Source of the DNA: a virus
Taxonomy: Duplodnaviria; Heunggongvirae; Uroviricota; Caudoviricetes
IMG/VR virus record: IMGVR_UViG_3300010429_001387
Coordinates: 64,001 to 127,878 of that record
Strand: one strand, 5' to 3'
DNA: 63,878 bases
The position numbers and the translations under genes were made by a program. Positions 1 through 10,851 of this stretch are shown one piece after another. The notes under the pieces are model-generated. The model ran no database searches, had not been told where the DNA came from, and saw only the letters and a list, made by a program, of their open reading frames with translations. Numbering within the stretch: position 1 is the stretch's first letter; the number at the start of each line of letters is the position of its first letter.

Positions 1-175
1 AATTTTGAAACTTAAGATTCAGCAGCTTTGCCAAAGCCTTACCACGATTGATAGTTTCAGTTCGATTGGTGCATACAAACAGAAGATACTGATGCTTCTC
101 TTCTGTTTCACGGTAAACACCGTATTCATCCCCAATGGTAAGTTTGGTAAGGATTCGCTTAATGCCTTTAAGCAT
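1..175 (-). CDS. hypothetical protein, runs off window start
   Basis: ATG at 175 with GGAG upstream; frame MLKGIKRILTKL... stays open to position 1; downstream of a promoter-like element at 215-253. Confidence 0.5.
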   Translation of the reverse strand, partial: MLKGIKRILTKLTIGDEYGVYRETEEKHQYLLFVCTNRTETINRGKALAKLLNLKFQN

Positions 176-214
176 GCTAATTTCTCCAAACAATTATAAG
201 TTAGATGGTCACTT

Positions 215-253
215 TCTAATTAAAGTATACCTTATAATTGTGGAAAGCCAAAT
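215..253 (-). promoter_or_regulatory. degenerate copy of phage promoter element
   Basis: minus strand ATTTGG-N18-TATACT-TTAA, directly after the stop of the upstream gene. Confidence 0.55.
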
Positions 254-256
254 TAT

Positions 257-547
257 TTAATCTTGAATCAGTAAAGAAATTATAAATAATCCCAGAAGTG
301 CAACCACTGTCCCAGGCACAGCCCAAACCTCAAACAGCATAGCACGGACGATTCCCCAAGCGACATTACCATTATCCACATTCCAATTATCGATTGCTAA
401 CTTAATACCACCATACAATCCCCAAACAAGGGACATGTAAAAATCAACCAAAATCCCCACAATAATACAAATCAACCCAAAAATACCTGCTAGCAACTTA
501 CCCATGTTTTTCCTTTCAAAAGAAACCCTTGATTGATTTTTCTGCAT
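257..547 (-). CDS. small membrane protein
   Basis: two hydrophobic segments; tiles with neighbours. Confidence 0.55.
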   Translation of the reverse strand: MQKNQSRVSFERKNMGKLLAGIFGLICIIVGILVDFYMSLVWGLYGGIKLAIDNWNVDNGNVAWGIVRAMLFEVWAVPGTVVALLGLFIISLLIQD

Positions 548-791
548 TTGGTTCTGTTACTTGACTTTTAACGTTTTCTTTAATTTCTTCCAAAACATAA
601 TCCTCGAAACATTCCATTATACGATTTACACGTTCACTGAATCTTGGATAATTTGGATCATACCAAGAATTTCCAGGGCGTGTAAGAATGTGCATGATCA
701 ACATCATCTTATACAACTCTTCAATTAAAGAGGCGTCATCAAATGGTGGATCAGGTAATGTAACCTCTTTTAGATTTTCAAGCATTTTCAA
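516..791 (-). CDS. hypothetical protein
   Basis: 91 aa ORF in a tiled minus-strand run. Confidence 0.55.
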   Translation of the reverse strand: MKMLENLKEVTLPDPPFDDASLIEELYKMMLIMHILTRPGNSWYDPNYPRFSERVNRIMECFEDYVLEEIKENVKSQVTEPNAEKSIKGFF

Positions 792-800
792 CTATCCTAT

Positions 801-1271
801 TCAATCCCACCAAGAAAACAAATGCTTTTTCATTAACTTAAACAGGAGATCACGATCCTGCTGCTTCATCTCATCTTCTCTCTCAGAAGCCCATCGAAAT
901 TCGCGTGATAGTTTTGGATCCTCAACATAACCTTCTGTAGAATGGATAATTAAGTTCCCAAACTTTTGCTTATTTCCAGCCAGATAATTCCACATTCTCC
1001 ATGATGATTCCCTTGCTCCTACATCCCATGGAGTTGTATATTTATTATCAACCAATCTCTTACACAGAATGGCACAAGTCAACATTTGCTTGGCACGTCT
1101 TTCCCCACCAACTGCGATATGATACTTCATGTAGTGTTCTGCATCATATCGCAATTTCTTTTCCATAATTTGGAGCAGGTATAAGGAATCGAACCATCTA
1201 TCATTCCAAATTATGGGAATCCAATACCAAACTTTCTTCAGATTGCAATAAAATTCTCGAAAAAATCTCAT
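801..1271 (-). CDS. hypothetical phage protein
   Basis: 156 aa ORF with GAGG upstream. Confidence 0.6.
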   Translation of the reverse strand: MRFFREFYCNLKKVWYWIPIIWNDRWFDSLYLLQIMEKKLRYDAEHYMKYHIAVGGERRAKQMLTCAILCKRLVDNKYTTPWDVGARESSWRMWNYLAGNKQKFGNLIIHSTEGYVEDPKLSREFRWASEREDEMKQQDRDLLFKLMKKHLFSWWD

Positions 1272-1370
1272 GTGATCCTCAATGGTTTATTACCACGTTC
1301 ATGATACCACTTAATATCAAAGACAATTATCAACAACCACAACCCCAACCACACCATATTTTTCGAATCC

Positions 1371-2603
1371 TTACAAATTATCCTCTACATCCCCAATGCC
1401 AGCGTCTTGCTGAGAAGAATCCTTCATCAAAAATTCCTCCGACTTCAACTTCAAGCAGTCCCATTTCCCACTTTTATCCATAAACCAAACAACAATTCCT
1501 TCTCGAATCGTGTTGGCGTCCAAAGCCGATTTCCCTTCGGCATACTCTTTCAAATCTTCTAATTTCCAACGTTCCACTGGATCGTGATAAGCTTCCACAA
1601 ATTCATCTTTAACAAAATATGTTTTTCCCAATAATTCAGGTTTCTCTAATCCAAGCTCTTCTGCACGCTTGTACACCATTTCTCTTGGAAGATCAACACA
1701 AAATCCATCAGGTGTGGTAATCGTCACACGATAAAGCATAACACGATACTTGCCACCAATACAACCATAACGACACCAATCAGCTTGTACTGGTGAACCA
1801 TTCTTGCAGTTCCCAAAAATTTCATAGTATACTTGCTCACCTTGATGGAGATGTGGAGCAAGCATTTCCTCAACTTCTTTACGCTCATCTGGCATATGAT
1901 TGCCAATTTGATCTACTCTACGAGTTCCACTAACAACCTTCCACTCTTCTTTAGGAAGCCAGAACTTCCACCAAGGTCGATTTGTCCGACATAGAACATT
2001 GCCTGTACGAGCACTGGTTCCATGAATCTTTTCCTCAATATAAATCATTCCTTCAGCAATTCGATGACTTTCACGCATCAAATGTTTGGTATCCCAATGC
2101 TTCCAAAACATTTCGGAAATGGGTTGTTTAGTTCGCTTTAGTCCAGCCCGATCCCCAGAATAGTTCGTCGGGATAATATACTTCTCACAAATCTTCACTC
2201 CATTCACATGTGTGAACTCATCTCCAACTTGCAGATCCAAATCATCATAGTATTTAACAGCTCCACAGGTAATAAGCGTATCCATTGTTGCCACATACCC
2301 ATTTGAAACTTCTCCACGAAATCTCTGAGCTTTAATCCGACCATGTTTTCCGAAATAACCTTTCTTGGTTGGATCAGCATTCAATTCTGCATTTGAATAG
2401 AGGTTGTTAGTTTTGAGATATTCTGGGGAAAGACAGAGATTTGAATCAAAATAGATTACCACATCACCATCTTTAGCATCCAAACCAACAACAACTTGCG
2501 TTCCCAACACTGTTGCAAGCTTCAATCGGTCAGCATTTGGATGTGGTCTGACATTGCAAAGTTCTGCAATAATAGCATTGTTATTTTCCGATTTAGTCAG
2601 CAT
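1371..2603 (-). CDS. ATP-dependent RNA ligase, Rnl2/DRB0094-like, with N-terminal OB-like module
   Basis: N-terminal RPHPNADRL; motif I EEKIHGT; motif IV REGIVV; motif V KLKS. Confidence 0.85.
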   Translation of the reverse strand: MLTKSENNNAIIAELCNVRPHPNADRLKLATVLGTQVVVGLDAKDGDVVIYFDSNLCLSPEYLKTNNLYSNAELNADPTKKGYFGKHGRIKAQRFRGEVSNGYVATMDTLITCGAVKYYDDLDLQVGDEFTHVNGVKICEKYIIPTNYSGDRAGLKRTKQPISEMFWKHWDTKHLMRESHRIAEGMIYIEEKIHGTSARTGNVLCRTNRPWWKFWLPKEEWKVVSGTRRVDQIGNHMPDERKEVEEMLAPHLHQGEQVYYEIFGNCKNGSPVQADWCRYGCIGGKYRVMLYRVTITTPDGFCVDLPREMVYKRAEELGLEKPELLGKTYFVKDEFVEAYHDPVERWKLEDLKEYAEGKSALDANTIREGIVVWFMDKSGKWDCLKLKSEEFLMKDSSQQDAGIGDVEDNL

Positions 2604-2606
2604 TTT

Positions 2607-2948
2607 TCACTCCGTCATGCCAAGAAATATATCAATTGATTCTTGATTCCAATATGCGAATTTGTTGCCACTTTCATCTTGCAAGCACTTAAAATGACAT
2701 GGGCCACTATCCCATGGTTCTTCCTGCTGCACTTCGAAAATCTTCCGTCCATCGTGTGTCAGATATGTATTATAGTCAGGACCATCACTATAAAAATGGT
2801 CTTCATGCCGAGTTTCAACAACCCTTAAACTTGTCTTAGTTGGCTTGCCACAATGTGGGCAAGGTTCTGATTGCTCTTTTTGACAATTTTCATTTAGCCA
2901 ATTCCAGGCTTCATCTGACAAACCGTACTCTTGGAAGCATCTACTCAT
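2607..2948 (-). CDS. hypothetical protein with CxxC
   Basis: CPHC; GGAG RBS; preceded by promoter-like element. Confidence 0.55.
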   Translation of the reverse strand: MSRCFQEYGLSDEAWNWLNENCQKEQSEPCPHCGKPTKTSLRVVETRHEDHFYSDGPDYNTYLTHDGRKIFEVQQEEPWDSGPCHFKCLQDESGNKFAYWNQESIDIFLGMTE

Positions 2949-2959
2949 TTGTTAGCTCC

Positions 2960-2996
2960 TAATTAAATTATACTTTTGGAATTTACAAAACCAAAA
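2960..2996 (-). promoter_or_regulatory. degenerate copy of phage promoter element
   Basis: minus strand TTTTGG-N18-TATAAT-TTAA, immediately after the stop at 2997. Confidence 0.55.
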
Positions 2997-3626
2997 TTAA
3001 AAAACCTGACATGGACGTTTATATTTCTTCAGATCCACACCATGAGGAGCATCCAAGCTCGAAACCGGACCATTTTGGAGAATCTTTGTATTTTCATATG
3101 GTCGAGCAATCATGTGATACAATTCCATCTGTACACAAACTACGATCCCTAAGAAAGCATCAAACATCTGTAACTGATCAGCATGTCCTTTCAAATTAAC
3201 TAAAATACTTGTAAAATCTAATTTCAGTCTCTCAAGAGTTCCAATAACATTATTCAGATTTGTATATGAAACACTAACCATATTCAAATATGTATGGATA
3301 ATATACGTCATGACATAATTAACTTCCCCTACTGACGCTGGATGAAATTCTCGGAGAAAATTTGTGATTGTAGTTTGCAAAAATGGGACAGTTCGATAAG
3401 AAACAACACTCTTTAATTCATCGATTTTCTTTAAAACCGATGGATGTAAAATTTTTGAAGAATCATAATGAGAAAATTCTTTTGCTATGTGAAGATATTG
3501 ATACGCGACCGCTGCTAACGCATAACCCAAATCGGAAGTATCTCTAATTGATGCAGCAATATTACTCAGAACATCATCTTGGATGTTGTGTATCTTATCT
3601 CGATCTTCTTGTTTGATATAAGGCAT
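2997..3626 (-). CDS. DUF6899-like helical phage protein (extended)
   Basis: MPYIKQEDR start, GEVNY, and ELY..ARPYENTKILQNGPV end. Confidence 0.55.
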   Translation of the reverse strand: MPYIKQEDRDKIHNIQDDVLSNIAASIRDTSDLGYALAAVAYQYLHIAKEFSHYDSSKILHPSVLKKIDELKSVVSYRTVPFLQTTITNFLREFHPASVGEVNYVMTYIIHTYLNMVSVSYTNLNNVIGTLERLKLDFTSILVNLKGHADQLQMFDAFLGIVVCVQMELYHMIARPYENTKILQNGPVSSLDAPHGVDLKKYKRPCQVF

Positions 3627-3638
3627 GTTTTAGTTTCC

Positions 3639-4211
3639 TTAAAGAATTTCTTTCGAAACAACATTAATGTTTTCATGATACCAACAATAGAACTTACATT
3701 TTTCACAATTGTTAGAACATGTGAAATATTTTTCTGAACCTGGAGTCCCCTTTATTGCATGAACAGGAAAATAAACACCACCATTTCGTGTAATATCGAT
3801 TGATTCCCGCACAACAACATTTTGAGGAAAAACTTCAAACATTAATTTCAACAAATCTCTACGACGAGTATTTGTTCGGAAAATAATACTCGGAAAATGT
3901 TCTGCTATCTCAGCCCACTTCTCAACATAACACGAACTATAAAAATCGCCAGTGATATGTATCCTTACAAATGTAATAGATTTTCTTCGATTTAATTCAT
4001 TAATCATTTTGGTTACAAAATCAGGTTTCTTGCTTTCTTGTAGTCTCCATTCATATGCTTCTAATATCGTTTTCCACGTAAATCTTCTCTTTAATGCATA
4101 ACAATTTTCTCGACACCAATCAGATGGTGTACATGTTTTTAAAGGTGGAATATTAAAAATGCCAACACATTTTGGCATTGTAGAATTGCCCGCAATTAAC
4201 AATTGTCTCAT
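3639..4211 (-). CDS. GP88-family phage protein
   Basis: FNIPPLKTC...CYA...RIHITGDFYS...W pattern; C-terminal CxxxCxxC. Confidence 0.7.
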   Translation of the reverse strand: MRQLLIAGNSTMPKCVGIFNIPPLKTCTPSDWCRENCYALKRRFTWKTILEAYEWRLQESKKPDFVTKMINELNRRKSITFVRIHITGDFYSSCYVEKWAEIAEHFPSIIFRTNTRRRDLLKLMFEVFPQNVVVRESIDITRNGGVYFPVHAIKGTPGSEKYFTCSNNCEKCKFYCWYHENINVVSKEIL

Positions 4212-5683
4212 AAATTCCTCAATTCATATTTTCGAAGATAATCCATAATTCCTTCGATTTCGGTCCACCGATCCGCTTGGTTGGCCTTAGTTGTTTCATT
4301 GATTGTTCCCTGTAAAATCAATTCATATACCACAGTTGGGTCTGTCTGTCCTTGCCTCACCATACGTCCTACACACTGTGTTCTTAACTTTGGTGAAGCA
4401 ACAATATCCCAAAAGATAATTACTTTAGCGGCATATCCATCCCAGCCTTCGGAGCCTCCAGCTATCTGCACTAAAATAACTTGAGTATCCGGATCTTCTT
4501 GGAACTTTCGTTCTTGTTCCAAACGATCTTCTAATTGCATTCCTCCTCGCATTACAGAATATGATATTTTCTCCTTTTTTAATGCTTGTTCTAATATACT
4601 CCCCACTTCCAAAAACTCATAAAAAAGTATGGTTTTTTGCCTTGTATTTTGCAGTATATCCAAAGTTGCTTCTAACTTAGGATTTTCTTTCAATCGATAA
4701 ACGTTTCGATTCGTTTCATCTCCCAAATATATAAAACCTCCTGTTAACTGCTTTAGCTTTGTCCCTTTAACAGAAGGTTGTGGGAAAATTGCATCCGAAG
4801 ATGCAACTTGAATTGGCTTGTTTGTAATAACTCGATTTTCTAATTTGAAAAATTCTAGTGTAGGATCCAAAAAGATTTCTTCATTTTGACATGGTGGAAG
4901 ATCCATACATTCTTCAGAAGAAAAGCTTAATGTCACCGGAGCCATCTTTTTAAGAAGTTTTTCCTTATGCCCTTTCTTGATAGACCAATCAAAAAAGTTC
5001 TTGTCAAAATGATCTAATCGAAATTTCCAAAAACTGTTTCCTAATGTTTTTCCCAAATCTAACACATAATAGATGTTAAAACACTCCAACAGAACCTTAT
5101 CAACTGGTGTTCCTGTAAGACCAATAACATGTGACGCTTTTCGACTTAATTGAACCGCTATTTTAGATTGCAGTGAATCATAATTACTACAACGATGCAT
5201 TTCGTCGAAAATAATGCAATCAAATTTCTGACAAAACAAATCAGGGTTTATATGCCAACCATTTTTTGATTTTCCCTTCTTCCCATAATCGGCATATATC
5301 GTTTTAAGTGATTCATATTGCACAATGGAAACATCTTGAGGACCATTAATTTGTTGCTTGCGTTCTTCTGTAGTTCCATTTATTAACAGATAGGTATAAT
5401 CCGTCCATTTATTGTCTCGTATCCAAGAAGACAATGCTGATTTTGGAGCTACAACAAGAATTTTCTTACACCCCCACAATTGAGCAGTGTAATATGCTGC
5501 CAGAGTCTTTCCTGTTCCAACCCCATGCCAAAATGCAACTCGACTTTTATCCATAGCAAATGCAAGTGAGATCATCTGATGTTTTCTAGGAGGTCTCTTA
5601 AATTCAACTCCTCGGAAAGCCCAGTTGAGTTGCTCTAAAGTTAAAGATTTCCAATCAAAATCCTGCAATATTACATTCTCCAA
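4208..5683 (-). CDS. SNF2-family SF2 helicase/translocase
   Basis: GVGTGKT, DEMH, LTGTP, QCVGRMVRQGQ. Confidence 0.85.
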   Translation of the reverse strand: MENVILQDFDWKSLTLEQLNWAFRGVEFKRPPRKHQMISLAFAMDKSRVAFWHGVGTGKTLAAYYTAQLWGCKKILVVAPKSALSSWIRDNKWTDYTYLLINGTTEERKQQINGPQDVSIVQYESLKTIYADYGKKGKSKNGWHINPDLFCQKFDCIIFDEMHRCSNYDSLQSKIAVQLSRKASHVIGLTGTPVDKVLLECFNIYYVLDLGKTLGNSFWKFRLDHFDKNFFDWSIKKGHKEKLLKKMAPVTLSFSSEECMDLPPCQNEEIFLDPTLEFFKLENRVITNKPIQVASSDAIFPQPSVKGTKLKQLTGGFIYLGDETNRNVYRLKENPKLEATLDILQNTRQKTILFYEFLEVGSILEQALKKEKISYSVMRGGMQLEDRLEQERKFQEDPDTQVILVQIAGGSEGWDGYAAKVIIFWDIVASPKLRTQCVGRMVRQGQTDPTVVYELILQGTINETTKANQADRWTEIEGIMDYLRKYELRNL

Positions 5684-6534
5684 GTGCTGTAAATTGTGTT
5701 AAGATGCTTCTCAAATCCCAATTCTTCAAACAACGGAATCAATTTCGCGAAGTTTGGTATCGTCCAAACCATATCTTCGATTTTAACTTCGATTGGAACA
5801 TTTCTTTCAATAGTTGCAAGCTTCTGGCTTAAGAGAGCATTGCTCTTCCCAGCCACTAATTTCTCTCGCAGTTTACCCTTAATCTGCCAAACATTATTAT
5901 ACAAACTTTCTAATGTTCCGTATTCTTGAATTAACTTTAATGCTCCTTTTGCACCTATGCCATACACCCCTGGGATATTATCAGAAGCATCCCCTTGCAG
6001 TGCTAAGAAATCCACAAATTGGTTCGGTTTCAATCCGTACTTCTCATACACACCAAGAACAGTCAACTCTTTCTTAGATTTCATCTCATAAATCGAAACG
6101 TTTGGGCCGACTAGTTGACACATATCTTTATCTTTAGTACAAATTCGAACTTGATGTCCGGCATTTACAAGCTTCTTTGCTAATGTTCCTATGATATCAT
6201 CTGCTTCATATCCATCCATTCGATACACAGGAATATTAAACGCTTCTAATATATCAATCATCCTTGCCACTTGGATCTGTAGGTCAGGTGGCATACCATC
6301 AGGACGTGTTCCTTTATAATGTGTATAGATTTCTTTGCGAAATGTTTTAGCTGGAGAATCCAATGTAACAGCTAACATATCTGGTTTTTCATGGCGAATC
6401 AGATTAAGGATTTCTCCTGTAAAAATATGGGTTGCAGTAGTAGGTTCTCCTTTTGGAGAAGTTAGTTGGAGATTACTAGCTAAGAAAGAAGAATACAGAT
6501 AGTAATACCCATCAATAATATAGGCTAAACCCAT
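5671..6534 (-). CDS. 5'-3' exonuclease / flap endonuclease (PolI N-terminal-like)
   Basis: IIDGYY, YKGTR, EADDIIGTLA, TKDKD, GDASDNIPGVYGIGAKGA. Confidence 0.92.
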   Translation of the reverse strand: MGLAYIIDGYYYLYSSFLASNLQLTSPKGEPTTATHIFTGEILNLIRHEKPDMLAVTLDSPAKTFRKEIYTHYKGTRPDGMPPDLQIQVARMIDILEAFNIPVYRMDGYEADDIIGTLAKKLVNAGHQVRICTKDKDMCQLVGPNVSIYEMKSKKELTVLGVYEKYGLKPNQFVDFLALQGDASDNIPGVYGIGAKGALKLIQEYGTLESLYNNVWQIKGKLREKLVAGKSNALLSQKLATIERNVPIEVKIEDMVWTIPNFAKLIPLFEELGFEKHLNTIYSTWRM

Positions 6535-7973
6535 GAACTGTCTCCAGTAGATTGCTGGTTAGCAGCATTACTTACTTGATTTGCTGCATTTGTAGTATCT
6601 CTCCGACGAGGAGGAATGTAAGGCCAACTGCTGAGACAAAATTGACCTATTTCTAAATTCTGTGCGAACACCGCCGAAAAATCCATCGCACCATGGCGAT
6701 TTGCGAGCACCGTCCACATCATACGATTCTCAAGAGCTTGTTCTTCGGTTTGGGAAATCGCAAACACCATATCCGTATTTCCTAGCTTACGAATATCCTC
6801 AGCAAAATCCTTTTGATCTAATTTTCGCTTCCGGAGAGCTTCGCGTGTAACCTGACTAACTGTTATCGTTAAATGCTTACGGTCATCCGCAATCCCTTTT
6901 GTTTTAATGTAAAATTCATTAATAAGATCTCGCTGTTGCCCATTTGCTGGAATTCGCATCTTCTCAATATAGTCATTAATTACAATATCAGGAACATATC
7001 CTTCAAATGATTCCAAGTAGTCTAAATATCTAACAATTTCTTCCATAGTGCAAGTACCCATTGGATACTTACGAATTATCAAATCCCCACCTAATCGTCG
7101 CAATCGTTTTCGGACAGTCCGAACAGCCTCAATATCTGATATTGTGGGTTTTTGCAAGATTGTTGTGCCAAATGTCTCACCAGATTCATTAATTTCTTCA
7201 ATCGTAACATCTTTTACTTTCGAAGTTAAGGATCCAGCCAATCCTCCAACAGACATATCATATCTCATTTCCGTATCTTCAAGACTTAATTCATGTGTTA
7301 TATGCAAAACCTTTAATCCACTTAAAAGTCCCTGAGTGCCAAGATGTACACACCCCCAAGACTTTTTACCCTTATATCCACCCAACAAACAAACAAAATC
7401 AGTCCGACACAATCCGCGTGGTAAACGAATATCGATAGGATCCAAACCTGTACCCATCAACTTTTCATTGGATCGATGAGGTTGCAAGTAGGTTGGAGAC
7501 AAAGTATCAAAATAACGTAACCCAACTTCTTCTTTGATTATACCAGTCCGCAACATTGCCTGCATATGTTGACGTGCTTCTTCTAATTTACCATCCTTAG
7601 CCATTTGTGCAATTACGAAAATTCCCTTCTCCAATTCCTTGGATTGCACAAATTGATTAATACGGGAAATGACATATGCTGTGTTGGGAGGTTCAAGTTG
7701 CTTAATTCGATCAACATAAGTTAAATACAGATCGATTTTATCATCAGATTTGTCTTTGAGAAAGTGAGCTAATTCGTCTCGAAAATGCTGCTGTGGAGCC
7801 TCTTTGAATTGATCAAAGTAATTATAACACAGTTGAATTATGTTGGAAGTAACTTCCGAACCAAAGTAATGTGGTTGGATTGATGCTCTGGCAGCTTGCA
7901 AGAATTTCGTGTCTGATACAGCTAAAAGCACAAAGGCATCTTGTATCCGTTGTGCAATTTGAGCTTCGGCCAT
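6525..7973 (-). CDS. DnaB-like replicative helicase
   Basis: Walker A-like GGYKGKKS, ITHELS, IVINDYIEKM, SQVTRE, AEDIRK. Confidence 0.8.
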   Translation of the reverse strand: MAEAQIAQRIQDAFVLLAVSDTKFLQAARASIQPHYFGSEVTSNIIQLCYNYFDQFKEAPQQHFRDELAHFLKDKSDDKIDLYLTYVDRIKQLEPPNTAYVISRINQFVQSKELEKGIFVIAQMAKDGKLEEARQHMQAMLRTGIIKEEVGLRYFDTLSPTYLQPHRSNEKLMGTGLDPIDIRLPRGLCRTDFVCLLGGYKGKKSWGCVHLGTQGLLSGLKVLHITHELSLEDTEMRYDMSVGGLAGSLTSKVKDVTIEEINESGETFGTTILQKPTISDIEAVRTVRKRLRRLGGDLIIRKYPMGTCTMEEIVRYLDYLESFEGYVPDIVINDYIEKMRIPANGQQRDLINEFYIKTKGIADDRKHLTITVSQVTREALRKRKLDQKDFAEDIRKLGNTDMVFAISQTEEQALENRMMWTVLANRHGAMDFSAVFAQNLEIGQFCLSSWPYIPPRRRDTTNAANQVSNAANQQSTGDSSWV

Positions 7974-7975
7974 GA

Positions 7976-9150
7976 CTAATCTCCTGCCTGTAGAAAGCGT
8001 CTAATCACCGCAGTTCGAATACGATGAGGCCATTCATGTAGATGGTGCCACGCTCCACAAGCACATGGGCCTATCAACATATCACATGGCTCTGTGCAGG
8101 CATTCCAGAAGTGACCCAACCACTCCTTGGGCATCGACATCAGACCATTTTCCGGGTTGTATTCATCATCGGTCATGAAGTATCCCCATCAATTAATTTA
8201 TTAAATCAACATCTCCTCGGAGCAATTTTGCTTCGGCTTGATCTAAAGCCCATTGTTGTTCAGTATACGAAAGTTCTTCCCAATTCACTGGCAACCAGTA
8301 TTGATCATCATTTACAGCTAGCTGAAAGAAAATTTCAAATGCTTCTTGTTGCAATGTATCTTTAGTTATCATTATCTTCACCATCCTCCTTATCTGACTC
8401 TAAGTCAAAGTCGGATGAGCCGCACAACGGACAGAAAGCATCTTCTACAAATCCACCCTCTCTGTTGTATTCAAGGTAGGCTTTATAAAACTTACCTTCA
8501 CATTCATTGCAGATATACATTCAATCTCCTTCCTCAGTAATCCAAGCCCAATTAATCGTTATGAAATCTTGCAGAGCGTCCGCATCATTTTTATAAGGAC
8601 ACCCACACGACTTCCCCAATCTCTTAGCTCGCTCTATAGCTTCCTGCACTGTAATCTTATAATGGATATTACCCTCAACAGGGCCAGGATCATCCCACTC
8701 TACCCAAGCAGTCATATCATTTTTCTCCAATATTGTCCCAATCTCCTACTCCAATAATTTTGGTGAGCAATGCCCATATTCCTACTAACAACATTGTAAT
8801 CGAAATGCAGAATCCTATGTAAGCAAAACATGATCCTATACCAGCCAGAAAATAAGTCTTAAAATCTGGCATAGAGCCATTATATGGTGGTACTCTATAG
8901 GGCCACCACCACCATGTAGATAGAAAGATCAGTCCAATGACGGATAACCGAATACAGAAACTCGTTTCCCATTTCATGCCTTTATCTCCAAAGTAAACTA
9001 ATCCCGAAACCTAAACAAACTGCCGATACCCCCATTAAACAAAATTGTGCCTTAAGGGGTAATTTATCAAAAACACTCATACACCCACAACATGACAATA
9101 AAGCTGAAAGAATCATTAATGAAAATGCCACCACCACCATTATTCTTCTC
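7976..9150 (-). other. run of small hypothetical ORFs (7976-8176, 8193-8384, 8521-8730, 8717-8977 membrane, plus shorter ones)
   Basis: tiled minus-strand ORFs with GGAG-type RBS. Confidence 0.5.
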
Positions 9151-10248
9151 CTAAACTAAACCAACTTCATGTAAATACTGTGGCATTAATATATCCCAAG
9201 TTGTGTCGGAGCACATTGTACCAGGATACACTATCCCACTTTTGTTAGTATACGCTTTTTCCAAACAAGCAGTCAAATAACGAACCCAATTTTTAGGATC
9301 TAATGCTCTTCCCTCAAAAAACTTAATCGCTCGATTAGATGCTTCAATAAATTTCTGTAGTTGGGCAGGTTTTGGATCGAAATTAAAATTATTAGAAAGT
9401 GCTCTGTAAGCTTCAATTATCTGAGATGTAAGTTGGGGGTTTGGATCGTCTACAGGGGATACGTATCCAGCCTCTTGCATAGCTTTGCATAGACGATCCC
9501 AATATTTGCGTAAACTTGTAGCTGATAATACATTTGGCTTCCAGAATGTGTCCGTTTGGACCCAATCAAATACTCGAAGGATTTCTTCCGGAGTACGCTT
9601 ATCAATGCGAATCATAAGATCAACATTATAAGCTTGATTTTGAATGAGTGCTTCTCTTCCTTCTATGGAAGTTAAATAACGAGCATATGTGTTCTTGTGT
9701 TCGTCAACACAATCTATAATGTGTGAACCTAAGATGTAGGGATCAGAATCAATAGGGAAGTCTTTGGTGGATTCTCTGTGCGGTATCTTCTTATCGGTGT
9801 TTAAAGAGTCTGAGACCTCAGACAATTCATCAGTTTTTATTTCCATATAGTTTGTATTAATGTTAGTATTAATTAGATTAGGACTGCCCTCACTGTGGAT
9901 TTCACCCACTGCGGTGATGACCATGGAATTATCAACTTCTGTTGGTTCATCGAACACATGCCATACTCGTTCTACAAATTGTCCTGTATTAGGATCCCTT
10001 ATATTCTCAATATAAAGGTATTTCTTTTCTTTTAATTCACCAGTGATTCTATAAAATTTGTCTGCCCCTATTTCATACAGATTCATGAAATATGTACCAA
10101 CGATTTTCCAATCTGGATGTCGGGAAAGTAAGTCTACTAAAAATCCTTTAGCCTCTAAAGAAAGAGCATTGCATTCTCTTTGAGCTAAATTGTTTGGGAT
10201 CATGACAAAAGGTTGTCGTTTTACATGTTTGCATAATTTTGTTTCCAT
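9151..10248 (-). CDS. replication initiator-like protein (N-terminal wHTH; lambdoid O/P22-type C-terminal motif)
   Basis: LSLEAKGFLVDLLSRHPDWKI; FWKPNVLSATSLRKYWDRL; adjacent to helicase and exonuclease. Confidence 0.65.
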   Translation of the reverse strand: METKLCKHVKRQPFVMIPNNLAQRECNALSLEAKGFLVDLLSRHPDWKIVGTYFMNLYEIGADKFYRITGELKEKKYLYIENIRDPNTGQFVERVWHVFDEPTEVDNSMVITAVGEIHSEGSPNLINTNINTNYMEIKTDELSEVSDSLNTDKKIPHRESTKDFPIDSDPYILGSHIIDCVDEHKNTYARYLTSIEGREALIQNQAYNVDLMIRIDKRTPEEILRVFDWVQTDTFWKPNVLSATSLRKYWDRLCKAMQEAGYVSPVDDPNPQLTSQIIEAYRALSNNFNFDPKPAQLQKFIEASNRAIKFFEGRALDPKNWVRYLTACLEKAYTNKSGIVYPGTMCSDTTWDILMPQYLHEVGLV

Positions 10249-10257
10249 ACAAAATCC

Positions 10258-10840
10258 TTACACACTAGTATTAAATCTTCCCCGTATCTTCAAGACATCG
10301 TAGAACATTTTCCAAGTCATCTGTGCTGTAGAACCAGCTATTTGAGGATATCCCTTAACATCAATTACATAATACTTGGTCGATCCTTCTACCAAAGCCT
10401 TTAATTCACATTTTGCTGTTGGCTCAACTTCGAGGCACTTTTGTTTGTAGTCCATAGTTTAAATGATCCTAAGAAATTTTGTGTTTTCAATAGTAATTAT
10501 AATCCCAAGTCCCTGATTCATTAACAATATTGGCGATGTGACCAACATATTCAAAGTTTTCTCCGCTAAACGCCAATTCCAAATCTTCTTGACTGATGTC
10601 GAAATGAGATGGAGAATTCTGAAGAACCCTAGGATTATCCCAACGTTGCCCATCATCAAGGGAAACTAAACAGATTTGCTTCCACTCAACACCAGCTAAC
10701 AAATAAAGATTGGTTTCATCTTCTTGTGCAGAACGATCAACCAATCGATAAACATCACCGATTTGAATCTTTCTCGCCGACCGATTGTTCGGTAAGGAAT
10801 TGGATGGATACAAAACATCATGTGAGAATGGAAGATTCAT
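10258..10840 (-). other. two hypothetical ORFs (10258-10455, 10487-10840)
   Basis: tiled ORFs with RBS. Confidence 0.5.
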
Positions 10841-10851
10841 TGTCTTTCTCC

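Noticed and set aside
9840-9915. Short repeats (GTATTAAT x2, CACTG(T/C)GG x2) as iterons in the initiator gene
   Set aside because: Only two short copies each, explainable by protein sequence and AT richness
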